From IMG/VR virus record IMGVR_UViG_3300022916_000053, positions 1-34,310 of that record: a stretch of 34,310 nt of DNA, one strand, 5' to 3'. The position numbers were made by a program, and so were the translations under genes. This document shows positions 14,610 to 24,575 of this stretch, piece after piece. The notes below the pieces were generated by a model. That model saw only the letters and a list, made by a program, of their open reading frames with translations, searched no databases and was not told the origin of the DNA. Every line of letters starts with the position of its first letter. The stretch's first letter is position 1. Source of the DNA: a virus. Its lineage: Duplodnaviria > Caudoviricetes.

Positions 14610-17600
14610 CTATTCCTCCCAGCGGGCTTCGAGCATTCTCAAGTATGCCCGCTCAGCCGTGCGGTTTATCTTCTCGTAGACTTCATCGTAGGCCTCGTTC
14701 TTGGCCTTGCCACCCATGAGGTTGTTCTCATCGATGCGCTGTATCTTCTTCTGGAACTTGTTCATGCGGTTACGGGTAGCTGAGTAGATAGCATCCACCC
14801 TACGCGCCCACCGTTCAGGCCTCTGGCCCGACTCTTCCGCACTGGCCAGTGCCGATCTGGCCTCATAGCCAAGGTCGTAGAAGTCACTCACGAACTGCCC
14901 GCCCTGTGAGGGATGGCGCACATCAAAGTCCCGCATCACCGGCAGGTCCTTGTGCCATACCTTGGCCCCTAGCTGGATGTCCGGGGGGCTTGCCATGTCC
15001 CAGGCAACGTCAATTGCCTGCATGGCCAGCTTGCCCAGGCCACCCGTGTAGCCCTTCCACAAGTGCTCCATGTACCGAGGGCTGTAGCCATGCTCTTCGC
15101 CCCATATACGAGCCATGCCCTTGGTGAACTCCTTGCTAGTCCGTCCGGTATACCGTCCGAATTGCAGGTGAGGCCACAGATCTTCCTGGCTACGAGGGAC
15201 GATAGGCCTGTCCTTGAAGAAGGACTTGTTCGCTAAAATCTCAGCGATCGGGGTCACGATAGTGAGGTCCATCGGGTTAAGGGATGGGGTCACAGACGAG
15301 ATCATATCCCACAGGTCGCTTGCCGCGTCAGGGTTCCTGTCCAGCGTAGACTCAACAAACAGTTCAGGAACGCTGCCGTACAGCATGCCGTAGTCGAACG
15401 GCTTGGTCATCTTCCAGATCTTATCCACACCGGGCATCATAAAGATCCAGTTGGCCCGCTTCTCGTAGTCAGGGATGTCCTTCCACCGAGGGTCTTGCCG
15501 GTTCCACAGCACCAGCGCCATCGAACTAATAGCAATGGGTGCCGTCCTGGCCATGAAAGACTCGGGACGCTCCTGGGCCACACGGCGCATCTTGTCAGCA
15601 CCCTGCACCTGAGCGTTCCAGAAGGCCACCACACTGTTTATATGCTTGCCCCAGGTGCCAGCCCTCGAGAAGTCTAGCGTCACCTCACGGGCCTCCAGGG
15701 CCGCCTCATAGCGCCCTGTGTACTTCCTCGCCTTACGGTAGGTGCCCACCCTGTTGAAAGCCTCACTGAACTCCGTGAACATGCGGCCAAACTCAATGGG
15801 GTGTTTCAGGTAGTACAGCGCCTTGCCGGCACCACCCTTGCCCGTGTTGGCGATGCTCTTGTTCACGGCCTTGTGTAGCCCTGCATGGTCCATAGCGACC
15901 GCCGAACTCATAGCGCCACCAGACTCCATGAACTCAGTGTACCACTTGTCCTTACGCATCACGCTAGTCACGCCCTTGATCAGGTCGAAAGGCGTGAAGC
16001 CATAAGTAGACTGGATAGAATTCACCCACCAGTCACGCAGCGCATTGCGTATGCCAAAGGACAGCGTGCTCGTAGCACCAATACGCAGCGTTCGAGCAGG
16101 AGCACCCAGGACCTTGGAAAGGATACTCATCTGGGCACGATCCAGGTTGATGAACGCCTCATAGATGTCCGGGTCCACCTCGTAATACTTCTTCTCCAGG
16201 CCTTCCCAATGCTCGAGCACACGGTTGTGCTGACTCGGCGCGGCCTTGGTCGGCTTGATCATACCCGTACCGCCGGCCAGGCGATCAAGTTCGATCACGG
16301 CCTCAACAGTATGGCGGTGGGCACGGTAACGCTCAGACATATAGATGTTCTTGATCGTAGCCTCGAGCGGGTCCATGTACAGATCGCCCTTGCCCTCGAT
16401 AGGCTTGATGATGTCGGGGCTACTGTATGCCTTGGGATCACCCGTGTTCTTGCCATACATCGCCGCTTCCATCTCAGCGAACAGCGGTGTGTAGAACCCG
16501 TTCTTCTCAAGGATCACATCGGCACGCTCTTTGCCCACCGAGTCATAGAGCATGTCCGTCATCATCTTCTTGTAGGCTTCAAGCTGCGTAGCGTACTTGG
16601 GCCCAAGAGTCTCACGGTGGCGCAATAGCACACCATGGGTAAGCCCCTTGCTCCTGAGGCTCTCATTGTTCTTGAACTCCCCCCAACGATCAAGGAACCG
16701 CTCCGCGCGGAGCAGTGACTTGAACTCCTCCCGCATCCCGTCATCCATACCCTTGAGGATGGGGTCTAGGTTGAGGCGAATGCGCTCAGCCGCACGGCCC
16801 GTGTAGGATCTGGCCAGTCTGCCCATCAGGTAGGGCCTCATCTCTGCCGGCAGGGCATAACCTGTTTCTTTTTGAACAGCCTCCTCAAACCTGCGAAGAG
16901 CGTGGATGTCGTCCATGAACCGGACATAAGCCTTCTCGGCCTTGGCACGGATCTTACCACCCTGGCGGGCCAGCAAGCCCGTATCTTTCTCACCGGTCTT
17001 AGTGGTCATACTACTGAGCCGCTCCACCACGCTCAGCGCACCACGGGTAGTGTTACCAATCGTACCCTCAAAGCTCTCATCCATGAGCCTGATGGCTTCA
17101 TCGATGAGGTCAGGGTCGGTACGGTGCTTGTCGGCCCATTTGCGCCACGCATCTGATTCTCCACGCCGGGCCGCTCGATCCATCAACTCGTTCATTTGCT
17201 CAGCAGTGCGCGTGCGCTTGGGTGTTCCCGGCTCGAACCCGCCAGTGGAGATGGGCTGCCACTTGCCTGAGGGGGCAACTCGACCAGATACGCTCTGTCC
17301 TGTGAACTCAACAATCTTCGGGTCAAGCACCAGATAAGACAGCGACCCAGGCCCTTCAATCGCGTTGATGTATGGAACCACATCATAGCCTTGGTCTGTC
17401 AAGGCCTTGCGTGCCTTGGGATCATTCTGTAGAAGGAAAAGCTCTGTTCTCTCGCCTCCGTCACGCTCGTCAAGGACCCTATAGGGCTTCTTCGGCCTAA
17501 TGCCAATTTCTTGGATAGTGCTGCCACCACCCGCTACCTCAGGCCGTGTGATTCTGTCAATAGCAGCTTGCTCAGTGCCAAGGTGGAACGGCTTACCGTC

Positions 17601-19325
17601 TTTGAGGTTTAGATCAGCACTGCCACCATGGTATCCCAACAATGCACCATCAGCCCCGCGCACAACCTGCCCATGCTCGGGGTTGACGGGCGTAGCTTCG
17701 CCCAGCCACTCGCCTCTGCGGTGGCCTATGGATTTCTTCGCGGGCCTTATAGGCTTATCGATTACAGGGAGACCCTCATAGAACGAATCAAGGATCAGGT
17801 CATTGTCTGCCCGTGTCTCACCCTTGGTAAGCTCCAACCGCTGGTCATACCTGTTCGGCAGGATCTTGTCAGGCAGGGGGAGCTCACCCTCGAGGTGGCC
17901 GGCACCCTTCTGAAGCTCATCGGGACGCAGCCTGTTATCCAACAAGAACTGCCTCCACCGCTGGATACCAAACACATCCACAAGCTGAGACTTCACAGTG
18001 CTGGCATCGCTCTCAGACAGCCACTTCATCCCCGCCGCATCATTGGCCACCTTATCGAGGAACCGCACCTGATCAGGACGCAGCCTGCCAGTACGCTCAC
18101 CCCATACCTGGAACTCCGTCACAATATTCTGCAACTCACCCGCGAACTCCGCCGGCTTCTCGAGCACCGACCTGTCCATGGGCCACTGACTGGACCCACG
18201 AGGGGGAGGAACCGGGTTGCCGCGGTCTGCTAGTTCAGTCTTAGGAGGTAGCCTACGCCGTGCCTGGGGGTCCAGTACCTGTGCAGCCTCGCCCGCAGGT
18301 TCACGGGCCAGCAAAGCATCAAGCTCAGCACTCTTGACCCGCTCGCGCAACACCTTCTTGCCCTCTGTGTGGTCACGCAGCAGGCTTAGAGCCTTACCGT
18401 GCGTACCCTTCATGCGCCCACCGAGCGCACCCAGGCCCGTCAACGCCAGCATGGTGCCCACACCCGTACCAATGTCTTCGCCCGTAGGGCTCTGGCCCTC
18501 CATTAGTGGGCCACCTACACCGAAGATAGCACCCTCAGTGCCACCTTGTAGCCCGCGCCGGGCCGCATTGGCGACTCGAGAGCCGGCAGTCTCAGAAAGC
18601 CTCGAGGCCACACCCACTCCGGGTCTTGCCATCAATGAGAACTTAGGCTCAAGAGCAGCCGAGGCCTCTGTTAGGGCAGTCGACGCGCCTTTTCTTGAGC
18701 CTTTCGCTGCCGCCTGGAGCGTCCTGCCCGCAGGCCCAAGAGCCGCAGCAGGGCCAGTTGCCAAGCCAAGCCCAGCACCTTTAAGGCCCTCAGTGAGCAC
18801 CTGATTAACATCGATCTCACCTGTCTTTATCTTCTGCTCAATAGCGTCACGGCCCATACGCTCCAGGCCCACAGCACCGGCCTGTCTTGCGCCATGCTCT
18901 ATAACCTTCTTGACCACAAGGCGTTTGACACCATCGACACCCAGCTTCTTGGCCACACCGCCGCCAAGCCCACCACCGGCAATGAACAGAAGAATGCTAG
19001 TTGGGCTCACGAAGCTGCCTAAGCCACGGGCCACCTGCTCAGCAATGTTGTAGTCATCCTCGTCAGGCTCCAGGGCCATACCCTTACCGTAACGATAGAT
19101 CAACGCCTCAGGGGTATCGTACTGAATACCATGGAGGAACGCACGCCCCAGGCCGGGGCCGACATCGTCGCCATCGCCACTATGAGTGGCTTGTGGCCCC
19201 TGCGTCTGCGGAACGCCAGAAGTCTTTTGCAGGTATAGATCGACATGCTCAGAGGTCCACTCCTCCGGCAAGCCGAGTCTCTGCTTGGCCGCACTGTAAT
19301 GTTCGTCAGTCCAACCCTGTGGCAT
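14610..19325 (-). CDS. Large internal-virion/ejection protein with an ART-like domain and C-terminal LPD38-like domain
   Basis: 1571 aa; Gly/Ala-rich N-terminal helices; GYHGG..FHLGT..AA..R..GYD...Y.N..E..GS.SY.V..P (ART-PolyVal-like); INSVVAFWNAQVQG, IPDYEK..NW, KPFDYG, NKSFF..PIVP, SP.YMEHL..GYTGGLG (LPD38-like). Confidence 0.8.
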   Translation of the reverse strand: MPQGWTDEHYSAAKQRLGLPEEWTSEHVDLYLQKTSGVPQTQGPQATHSGDGDDVGPGLGRAFLHGIQYDTPEALIYRYGKGMALEPDEDDYNIAEQVARGLGSFVSPTSILLFIAGGGLGGGVAKKLGVDGVKRLVVKKVIEHGARQAGAVGLERMGRDAIEQKIKTGEIDVNQVLTEGLKGAGLGLATGPAAALGPAGRTLQAAAKGSRKGASTALTEASAALEPKFSLMARPGVGVASRLSETAGSRVANAARRGLQGGTEGAIFGVGGPLMEGQSPTGEDIGTGVGTMLALTGLGALGGRMKGTHGKALSLLRDHTEGKKVLRERVKSAELDALLAREPAGEAAQVLDPQARRRLPPKTELADRGNPVPPPRGSSQWPMDRSVLEKPAEFAGELQNIVTEFQVWGERTGRLRPDQVRFLDKVANDAAGMKWLSESDASTVKSQLVDVFGIQRWRQFLLDNRLRPDELQKGAGHLEGELPLPDKILPNRYDQRLELTKGETRADNDLILDSFYEGLPVIDKPIRPAKKSIGHRRGEWLGEATPVNPEHGQVVRGADGALLGYHGGSADLNLKDGKPFHLGTEQAAIDRITRPEVAGGGSTIQEIGIRPKKPYRVLDERDGGERTELFLLQNDPKARKALTDQGYDVVPYINAIEGPGSLSYLVLDPKIVEFTGQSVSGRVAPSGKWQPISTGGFEPGTPKRTRTAEQMNELMDRAARRGESDAWRKWADKHRTDPDLIDEAIRLMDESFEGTIGNTTRGALSVVERLSSMTTKTGEKDTGLLARQGGKIRAKAEKAYVRFMDDIHALRRFEEAVQKETGYALPAEMRPYLMGRLARSYTGRAAERIRLNLDPILKGMDDGMREEFKSLLRAERFLDRWGEFKNNESLRSKGLTHGVLLRHRETLGPKYATQLEAYKKMMTDMLYDSVGKERADVILEKNGFYTPLFAEMEAAMYGKNTGDPKAYSSPDIIKPIEGKGDLYMDPLEATIKNIYMSERYRAHRHTVEAVIELDRLAGGTGMIKPTKAAPSQHNRVLEHWEGLEKKYYEVDPDIYEAFINLDRAQMSILSKVLGAPARTLRIGATSTLSFGIRNALRDWWVNSIQSTYGFTPFDLIKGVTSVMRKDKWYTEFMESGGAMSSAVAMDHAGLHKAVNKSIANTGKGGAGKALYYLKHPIEFGRMFTEFSEAFNRVGTYRKARKYTGRYEAALEAREVTLDFSRAGTWGKHINSVVAFWNAQVQGADKMRRVAQERPESFMARTAPIAISSMALVLWNRQDPRWKDIPDYEKRANWIFMMPGVDKIWKMTKPFDYGMLYGSVPELFVESTLDRNPDAASDLWDMISSVTPSLNPMDLTIVTPIAEILANKSFFKDRPIVPRSQEDLWPHLQFGRYTGRTSKEFTKGMARIWGEEHGYSPRYMEHLWKGYTGGLGKLAMQAIDVAWDMASPPDIQLGAKVWHKDLPVMRDFDVRHPSQGGQFVSDFYDLGYEARSALASAEESGQRPERWARRVDAIYSATRNRMNKFQKKIQRIDENNLMGGKAKNEAYDEVYEKINRTAERAYLRMLEARWEE

Positions 19326-19333
19326 CTATACTC

Positions 19334-20155
19334 CTAGAGTCCGTACAAGTCCTCTTCGAGATTCCTCTTGATCCGCTCTCGTCGTAACCTGACTGGATTA
19401 TTTGGTGCTTGGCCACGCGCCCCTGGAGTGGGCTCAGCGAGCCCCGGCCCTTCAAATCCCTGGAACAGGTTGGGTGAATTCCCCGGGTCCATCCTCTGCA
19501 AGTATGCCTCCACCTCAGCTTCTGCGTCTCTATCCACCTGGTACAACTCAGGGTGAAGAGCCTCATGCTGCGCCTGCGCTTCCGGTCCCCAATCGCCGAA
19601 GACATCCAGTAGGGTGAGGCGAGTCTCTTGAGGGGTCTTGCCACGGGCATCAAAGGCTACCGTTTCCGTGCCATCGGCGTTGGTCCTGATCAGTACCTTG
19701 CCGACCACCTTGTACCCAGGCGCAGGGCCTGAGCCGATCTGTGCCGCGAACTCGTCTAGCCCGCTAGACACATCCGCCGGGAGGTACTGGGAGAACAAAG
19801 GCTCGCTCTGATACAGTTGCATGGTCTCGGCAAGGTACAACTCAGGGTTCTCTGCCGGGTCGATCATAGAGCGAATACGCCCATGAGCGTCAGACCATGC
19901 GGCCATGACCTGCTTCTGGGTCTCTAATTCAGCCTGCTGGTTAGCGTATTGCTCCTTCTCCAGGCCGAACTGATCTTGTTGAAGTCCGAACTGATCGCGC
20001 TGTAGGCCCAGGAGGCTGTCCTGCTGACCCAGTCTGCGGTCAGCCTGAGCAAGCTGCCGTTGCTGAGCCTGGAGAGCGTAGCCCTGGTCCTTGCCCGCAG
20101 ACGTACCGCCTAGGTAGCCTGTGCCCAGAGCAAGAAGATTATTTACTATCGGCAT
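19334..20155 (-). CDS. Putative internal virion/ejection protein
   Basis: Gln-rich with QxDQFGL heptad repeats; lies between nozzle and large ejection protein; GGAG RBS. Confidence 0.65.
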   Translation of the reverse strand: MPIVNNLLALGTGYLGGTSAGKDQGYALQAQQRQLAQADRRLGQQDSLLGLQRDQFGLQQDQFGLEKEQYANQQAELETQKQVMAAWSDAHGRIRSMIDPAENPELYLAETMQLYQSEPLFSQYLPADVSSGLDEFAAQIGSGPAPGYKVVGKVLIRTNADGTETVAFDARGKTPQETRLTLLDVFGDWGPEAQAQHEALHPELYQVDRDAEAEVEAYLQRMDPGNSPNLFQGFEGPGLAEPTPGARGQAPNNPVRLRRERIKRNLEEDLYGL

Positions 20156-20164
20156 CTCAGACTC

Positions 20165-21265
20165 CTATCTGTAGGGAACGCCATGGGTCTCATAGGTTGG
20201 TGCTGCTGAATACCTGTTGAACAGGTCATCCCACTGCTTCTGCTGCTGGTAGTAACCAGCCGTCTGGCCTAACTGGCCCAGAAGGTTCTGCGTACCCTGG
20301 TTCATATACTGCTGGTTCTGGTAGTTTAGCTGATCCTGGGCCTGCTGCAGTACAGCATTCTGATAGCCCATGCCAGCGACCTGCCCCATCTGGGCAAGAC
20401 CCATAGAGGCCGACTGGTTAGCGTGGCCCTCCAGCATCTGGATCAACGACATCTTGTACGACTTGTCAAGCTGCTTGATGTTAGATACAAACCCCTGGAC
20501 CATGTTCTCGGCCTCAGTCGATGACTCAGCTAAGTTCTGAGTGATCTCATTCTGGACCGTGCCGCCCGTACCCACACCACGCCGTGCCGCATCAGCCTGT
20601 GCGTAGTTGTACTGGTTCTGAGCGGCCTGGGTAAGCGTATTGCGATAGGCCTGCTCACTCTCCTGGTAGTCCGTTGGGTTATACAGGGAGTTGATCCCGC
20701 CAGCATCGATCTCAGCCTGAAGCTCCCGAAGGCCAGCTAGCTGAGCCTCAAGGTCACGGCGCTGCTCGACATCCAACTGCTCATGGTTAGAGATGGAGCC
20801 ACCGTAAGGGTCGTATGTGCCACCAGGGCCAGAATACACCCCACCAGCTTCATTGTAGGCCTGTAACGCCTCCCATCGTGCTTGTTCTTCAGGGGTTTCG
20901 GCCTTTGGCGAAGCATACCCAGGGCCTTGCACTTCAGCCAGAGGATCATATCCCAAGGTGTCAAGGATGTCTTGGATTTCATTGCCTCGCCCCGTGGGAG
21001 CGCGGCCGTACAAGGTATCTAGCTGAGCCTCGTTCCAGTAGTCCCGGTAGTAATCGGACTGGGACGTATTAGGAACAAACACTGTCGAGTTCGACAGGGG
21101 GTTGAAGATGCTAGACCCTTGAGGGGTGTAGGTGCTAGGCTGCTGAAAAGTCGGTGCCTGCTGAGGCTTGAACGCATCAAACAGCCCCAGCCCCAAGCCA
21201 CCAATTTGTGCGGCTGCTGCGGGGTTTGATCCAATCCAGCTAGCTACCGGAGCCGCGAATCCCAT
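20165..21265 (-). CDS. Putative internal virion/DNA pilot protein
   Basis: Gly/Ala hydrophobic N-terminus, AARRG motif, Gln/Asn-rich C-terminus; AAGGAGG RBS. Confidence 0.65.
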   Translation of the reverse strand: MGFAAPVASWIGSNPAAAAQIGGLGLGLFDAFKPQQAPTFQQPSTYTPQGSSIFNPLSNSTVFVPNTSQSDYYRDYWNEAQLDTLYGRAPTGRGNEIQDILDTLGYDPLAEVQGPGYASPKAETPEEQARWEALQAYNEAGGVYSGPGGTYDPYGGSISNHEQLDVEQRRDLEAQLAGLRELQAEIDAGGINSLYNPTDYQESEQAYRNTLTQAAQNQYNYAQADAARRGVGTGGTVQNEITQNLAESSTEAENMVQGFVSNIKQLDKSYKMSLIQMLEGHANQSASMGLAQMGQVAGMGYQNAVLQQAQDQLNYQNQQYMNQGTQNLLGQLGQTAGYYQQQKQWDDLFNRYSAAPTYETHGVPYR

Positions 21266-21770
21266 GGTAATCCTCCTTGGTCAAACCAAACAGCCAGACA
21301 TCTTCTGGCCTACCACAAAAGGATGCGCCTGACCGAACACAGCCTTCACGCTGGAATCCCAGCCGCCTTACCAACCTCACCGCCGCCTTCCTACTCTTAG
21401 GGATCGGGGCGGTAATACGCCGGACACCCAAGGACTCAAAGCAATACTCCGCCAAGTCCCCCCACACAGCCATCTTGCCTGCCGTGTTGATGTCCCTCAC
21501 CGGGGTCTTACTAAGACTTTCTGGCCTCATAAACCGCCTGAACGGCTTAGACAGCATGATGTGGATACTGGCCGTTGCCCCAGGAACAATGTCACTGAGC
21601 CAAACCAACCCCACATTTCGCCTACCTGCATGTAGCCAGAAGAACTGACTCGCACCGGCTATCATGTCCCACACAGCCCCATGGCCTGCCAACTCATCAG
21701 GCAGCAGACCGTAAGAATCAAGTACCCCCGACAACTGCTCCCCGCTTAGCTCTGCCCGTGCCAAACGCAT
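21240..21770 (-). CDS. GNAT-family (RimJ/RimL-like) acetyltransferase
   Basis: YCFESLGVRRITA.IP....AAVRLVRRLGFQREG.VR...DVWLFGL; occupies the usual podovirus position after the nozzle gene. Confidence 0.8.
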   Translation of the reverse strand: MRLARAELSGEQLSGVLDSYGLLPDELAGHGAVWDMIAGASQFFWLHAGRRNVGLVWLSDIVPGATASIHIMLSKPFRRFMRPESLSKTPVRDINTAGKMAVWGDLAEYCFESLGVRRITAPIPKSRKAAVRLVRRLGFQREGCVRSGASFCGRPEDVWLFGLTKEDYHGIRGSGS

Positions 21771-21791
21771 AACAACTCCTCTTCTCCACGA

Positions 21792-23702
21792 TCACCGCTC
21801 CCCGTGATGGGTAGTCAGCAGTGACCAACCTAACAATTCAAACGCATCGCCCAGGTCATCATTCGAGAACCTAAGCTGAATCATCCTGAACGAGCCCTCC
21901 AGGTGTAGCATCACCATGTTGGTGATCCCTTCATCCCAGTTGAACTCGTCCCAATACACATTGTCCCACAGGGCTAAATCCCCCGAGATCTTATTGATCA
22001 GGCTGCCTACATCTGTCCAGCCACCCTCGAGGTCGAGCCGGTACTCAACATTCACATCTAGGCCCGAGGCACCCAACGCTACTAGCAACTGGGCCGTCCT
22101 CTTCCGTATAGCCGTGTCCCCTAGATTGTACCAAGGAGTCGTGTAGTAAGCCCTGTACGCCGCGCCGGCATCCGTGTAGCCATCGTTGTATTTGACCACC
22201 CGGCCATCGCTGGTGCCGAGCAGGTGAACTTCGCCCAGGCCGCTCGAGAAATAACTCACCGCCGACTCGATGCCTAGACCCTCGTAGTAGTCCCACCCGC
22301 CCGTGTCGTAGTGGTAGACCAGGGCGCTGGTACTAGCCGTCTGGCCGCTAGGGGTGTAGTACCACACAATGCGATTGTTGTTATTATCGTGTATCGCCAC
22401 AATGTTTACGTTGTCGGCCTCGCGGATCTGATTGACCCTGGCCTTGACCTTGGTAGAAATAGGCATGGGTTCAATGTCACCGTACTCCTGAATGCCACTG
22501 GCCCTAGCAGGCCCGTGCTGACTCCAGAAGTAGATGTCATTGCCCACGCGCACTAATGACCGAGGGGCTGAGCAGCCCACCGGGTAGATACCAAAGCCCT
22601 GGACGTTATCAGGAGAGTCGCCAGCATACACACGGGACCGGGTCTTCTTGAAGACGATCCAGTAACCCGCCAGATCCACCACCATGGTCACCGGCTCACC
22701 ATCATCAGGGAGGACATCGATGTACCACGGATCTACCGCCGACACGCCCGTTGTCTTGTAGGCGAAGTTGGTAGGCACCTGAAGCTCACTGAACCACAAC
22801 CTACTGGTGGCCGTAGAACAGCCCCATGCCGCTACGCTCTCAGCCTTGCCCTGGTTGACCGTGGTGAAGTGGGTTGGGTATGCCCCAAGCTCCCACTCAA
22901 CGGGGAGCAGATCGCCTGTATAGGCCACTGTAGAGACCGTGAAGGTGTCGCCATCAGTCACATCACCGGCCGTCAGGGTAACATAGAACCCACCCGTTAC
23001 ATGGACGGGACCGCCGGCAGTATACTCCTCAGAGATAATCACCGTTCCGCCTGGGCCGAGATCACTAACCCAATTAAGCCTGATCTCATCAGTAGCAATC
23101 GTAGCCACCGGGGGTGCCGCACCCTTGTCGGCCTCAATCGTGAAGGTGAACACCTCAAGCCGGCTACCCTGGTAGGTTCCCTCAGAACGGATTGTGGTGG
23201 TCGTAGTACCCGTCCATGTACCCGTTACCACAGGCCCCATACGGTTGTAGAAAACCTCTGTGGTGGGCATGTCAGAAAGCGTGGTACCATCCCACTGCTT
23301 GGGGGTGTTGTACCCATTGGTCAGGAACAGCTTGCCGCTTGCGACATTGCCATCCCAGTTGTAGTTCTCGTTATAGCCCGAGCCAATCACCGTGGAGAAG
23401 TCACCGTCACCGTTCAGTTCAGCATACAGCTTGCGCCATGCGGCGACTACCAGGCTGACGTTGCCGTCAGGATTCTTCAGGCGGAATAGCCCATGGACAG
23501 GCCAGCCACTAGCGTTCAGGGCCGTAGAGTACACACTGCAACCCTTGCGCTTGGCCAAAGAACCCGTGATACCGTGATCCATGTTCATGCTGTCAGGGGT
23601 GTCACCCTGAGGCATGGTGAGCGGCGAACTCTTGAGGTTAAGCCCCCCAGAGTTGTCAAAGAAGTCAACGCTTCTCTTCTGTGCGTAGCTCTCGTACATC
23701 AC
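21792..23702 (-). CDS. Tail nozzle / tail tubular protein B (P22 gp10 or T7 gp12-like)
   Basis: 636 aa; SGGLN, N...G.L.KRKG, RLWFS...P..F, GCSAPRS, IYFWSQHG, ALVY, FRMIQLRF motifs of beta-propeller nozzles. Confidence 0.8.
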   Translation of the reverse strand: MMYESYAQKRSVDFFDNSGGLNLKSSPLTMPQGDTPDSMNMDHGITGSLAKRKGCSVYSTALNASGWPVHGLFRLKNPDGNVSLVVAAWRKLYAELNGDGDFSTVIGSGYNENYNWDGNVASGKLFLTNGYNTPKQWDGTTLSDMPTTEVFYNRMGPVVTGTWTGTTTTTIRSEGTYQGSRLEVFTFTIEADKGAAPPVATIATDEIRLNWVSDLGPGGTVIISEEYTAGGPVHVTGGFYVTLTAGDVTDGDTFTVSTVAYTGDLLPVEWELGAYPTHFTTVNQGKAESVAAWGCSTATSRLWFSELQVPTNFAYKTTGVSAVDPWYIDVLPDDGEPVTMVVDLAGYWIVFKKTRSRVYAGDSPDNVQGFGIYPVGCSAPRSLVRVGNDIYFWSQHGPARASGIQEYGDIEPMPISTKVKARVNQIREADNVNIVAIHDNNNNRIVWYYTPSGQTASTSALVYHYDTGGWDYYEGLGIESAVSYFSSGLGEVHLLGTSDGRVVKYNDGYTDAGAAYRAYYTTPWYNLGDTAIRKRTAQLLVALGASGLDVNVEYRLDLEGGWTDVGSLINKISGDLALWDNVYWDEFNWDEGITNMVMLHLEGSFRMIQLRFSNDDLGDAFELLGWSLLTTHHGER

Positions 23703-24566
23703 TTACCGTCCATAGCTAAGGCCACGGCCAAGCCTGAACCCGCGAGGCATTGGAACCTGCTCTGAGTTAGACTGGTGGAGGTTAAGCCTCTGCTCGTAGT
23801 CACGCTTGTCCTGCTCAGCGTCAGGGAACATCAACCGCTTCTTCAGCTTGTAAGTAGCGCCCAGCTTGAGGGTCTCAGTGAACCTGTCCGGCAAGTCAGG
23901 GACATCACTGTCATTCACCATATCAACAGGCCGGCGGTAGTAGAGCATCCTGACCGTACCGTCTTCGTAGTCCGTAGCATCAGCCCAATCGTCAGCAACC
24001 TGGTCTCCGCCGTCATCCCACAATAAGACTTCCCAGTAGTCAGGGTAGTTGGCCGGGGACAAGCCCGTAACGTCTGCCGGGGAAGTATGCGCCTTGATGC
24101 ACACGAAGTATTCACCGTTGTGGTAGATGACCTTGTTCTCGATGTAGTCTTCACTAGCCGCCGGGTAGACCTTGATCTGGTTTTCCCACAGCGTCCAGTA
24201 ACGAGGGTTGCCGGTCTCCGTCTTCTTGCTGAACTGGCTGTGCCACGAGGACGGGTCCATGTAGGTCAGTGTCCGGGGAGTCAGGTCATCAATGGGCGGG
24301 CTCTTAGAGTCATCGAAGTCATCCGGTAGAGGTATTGAGGTGATCCCCTCGCCAAACCCAAAGACATAGGTGTCCTGGGCAGGGATCATATCCACCTGCT
24401 CAAAGATGTCACGCTGGACTAGGTTCAGATACTCAGCCGCGAGGTGAGGGATACCCGTCTGGCCATTGGTAGTTGTAATACGGCGCTCACCGCACTCCTC
24501 GAGTACGTTGTTCGTCAACTCCAAGAGGTTGACAGCAACAGGCCCAGATCCTAATACGATTGGCAT
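23703..24566 (-). CDS. Head-tail adaptor (tail tubular protein A-like) with an inserted CBM-like module
   Basis: LLELTNNVLEECGE, YLN...RDI, LPDDF, GNPRYW, IKVYP, YYRRP..M..DSDVPDLP..F...L..GA adaptor motifs. Confidence 0.75.
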   Translation of the reverse strand: MPIVLGSGPVAVNLLELTNNVLEECGERRITTTNGQTGIPHLAAEYLNLVQRDIFEQVDMIPAQDTYVFGFGEGITSIPLPDDFDDSKSPPIDDLTPRTLTYMDPSSWHSQFSKKTETGNPRYWTLWENQIKVYPAASEDYIENKVIYHNGEYFVCIKAHTSPADVTGLSPANYPDYWEVLLWDDGGDQVADDWADATDYEDGTVRMLYYRRPVDMVNDSDVPDLPDRFTETLKLGATYKLKKRLMFPDAEQDKRDYEQRLNLHQSNSEQVPMPRGFRLGRGLSYGR

Positions 24567-24575
24567 GCTATTCTC

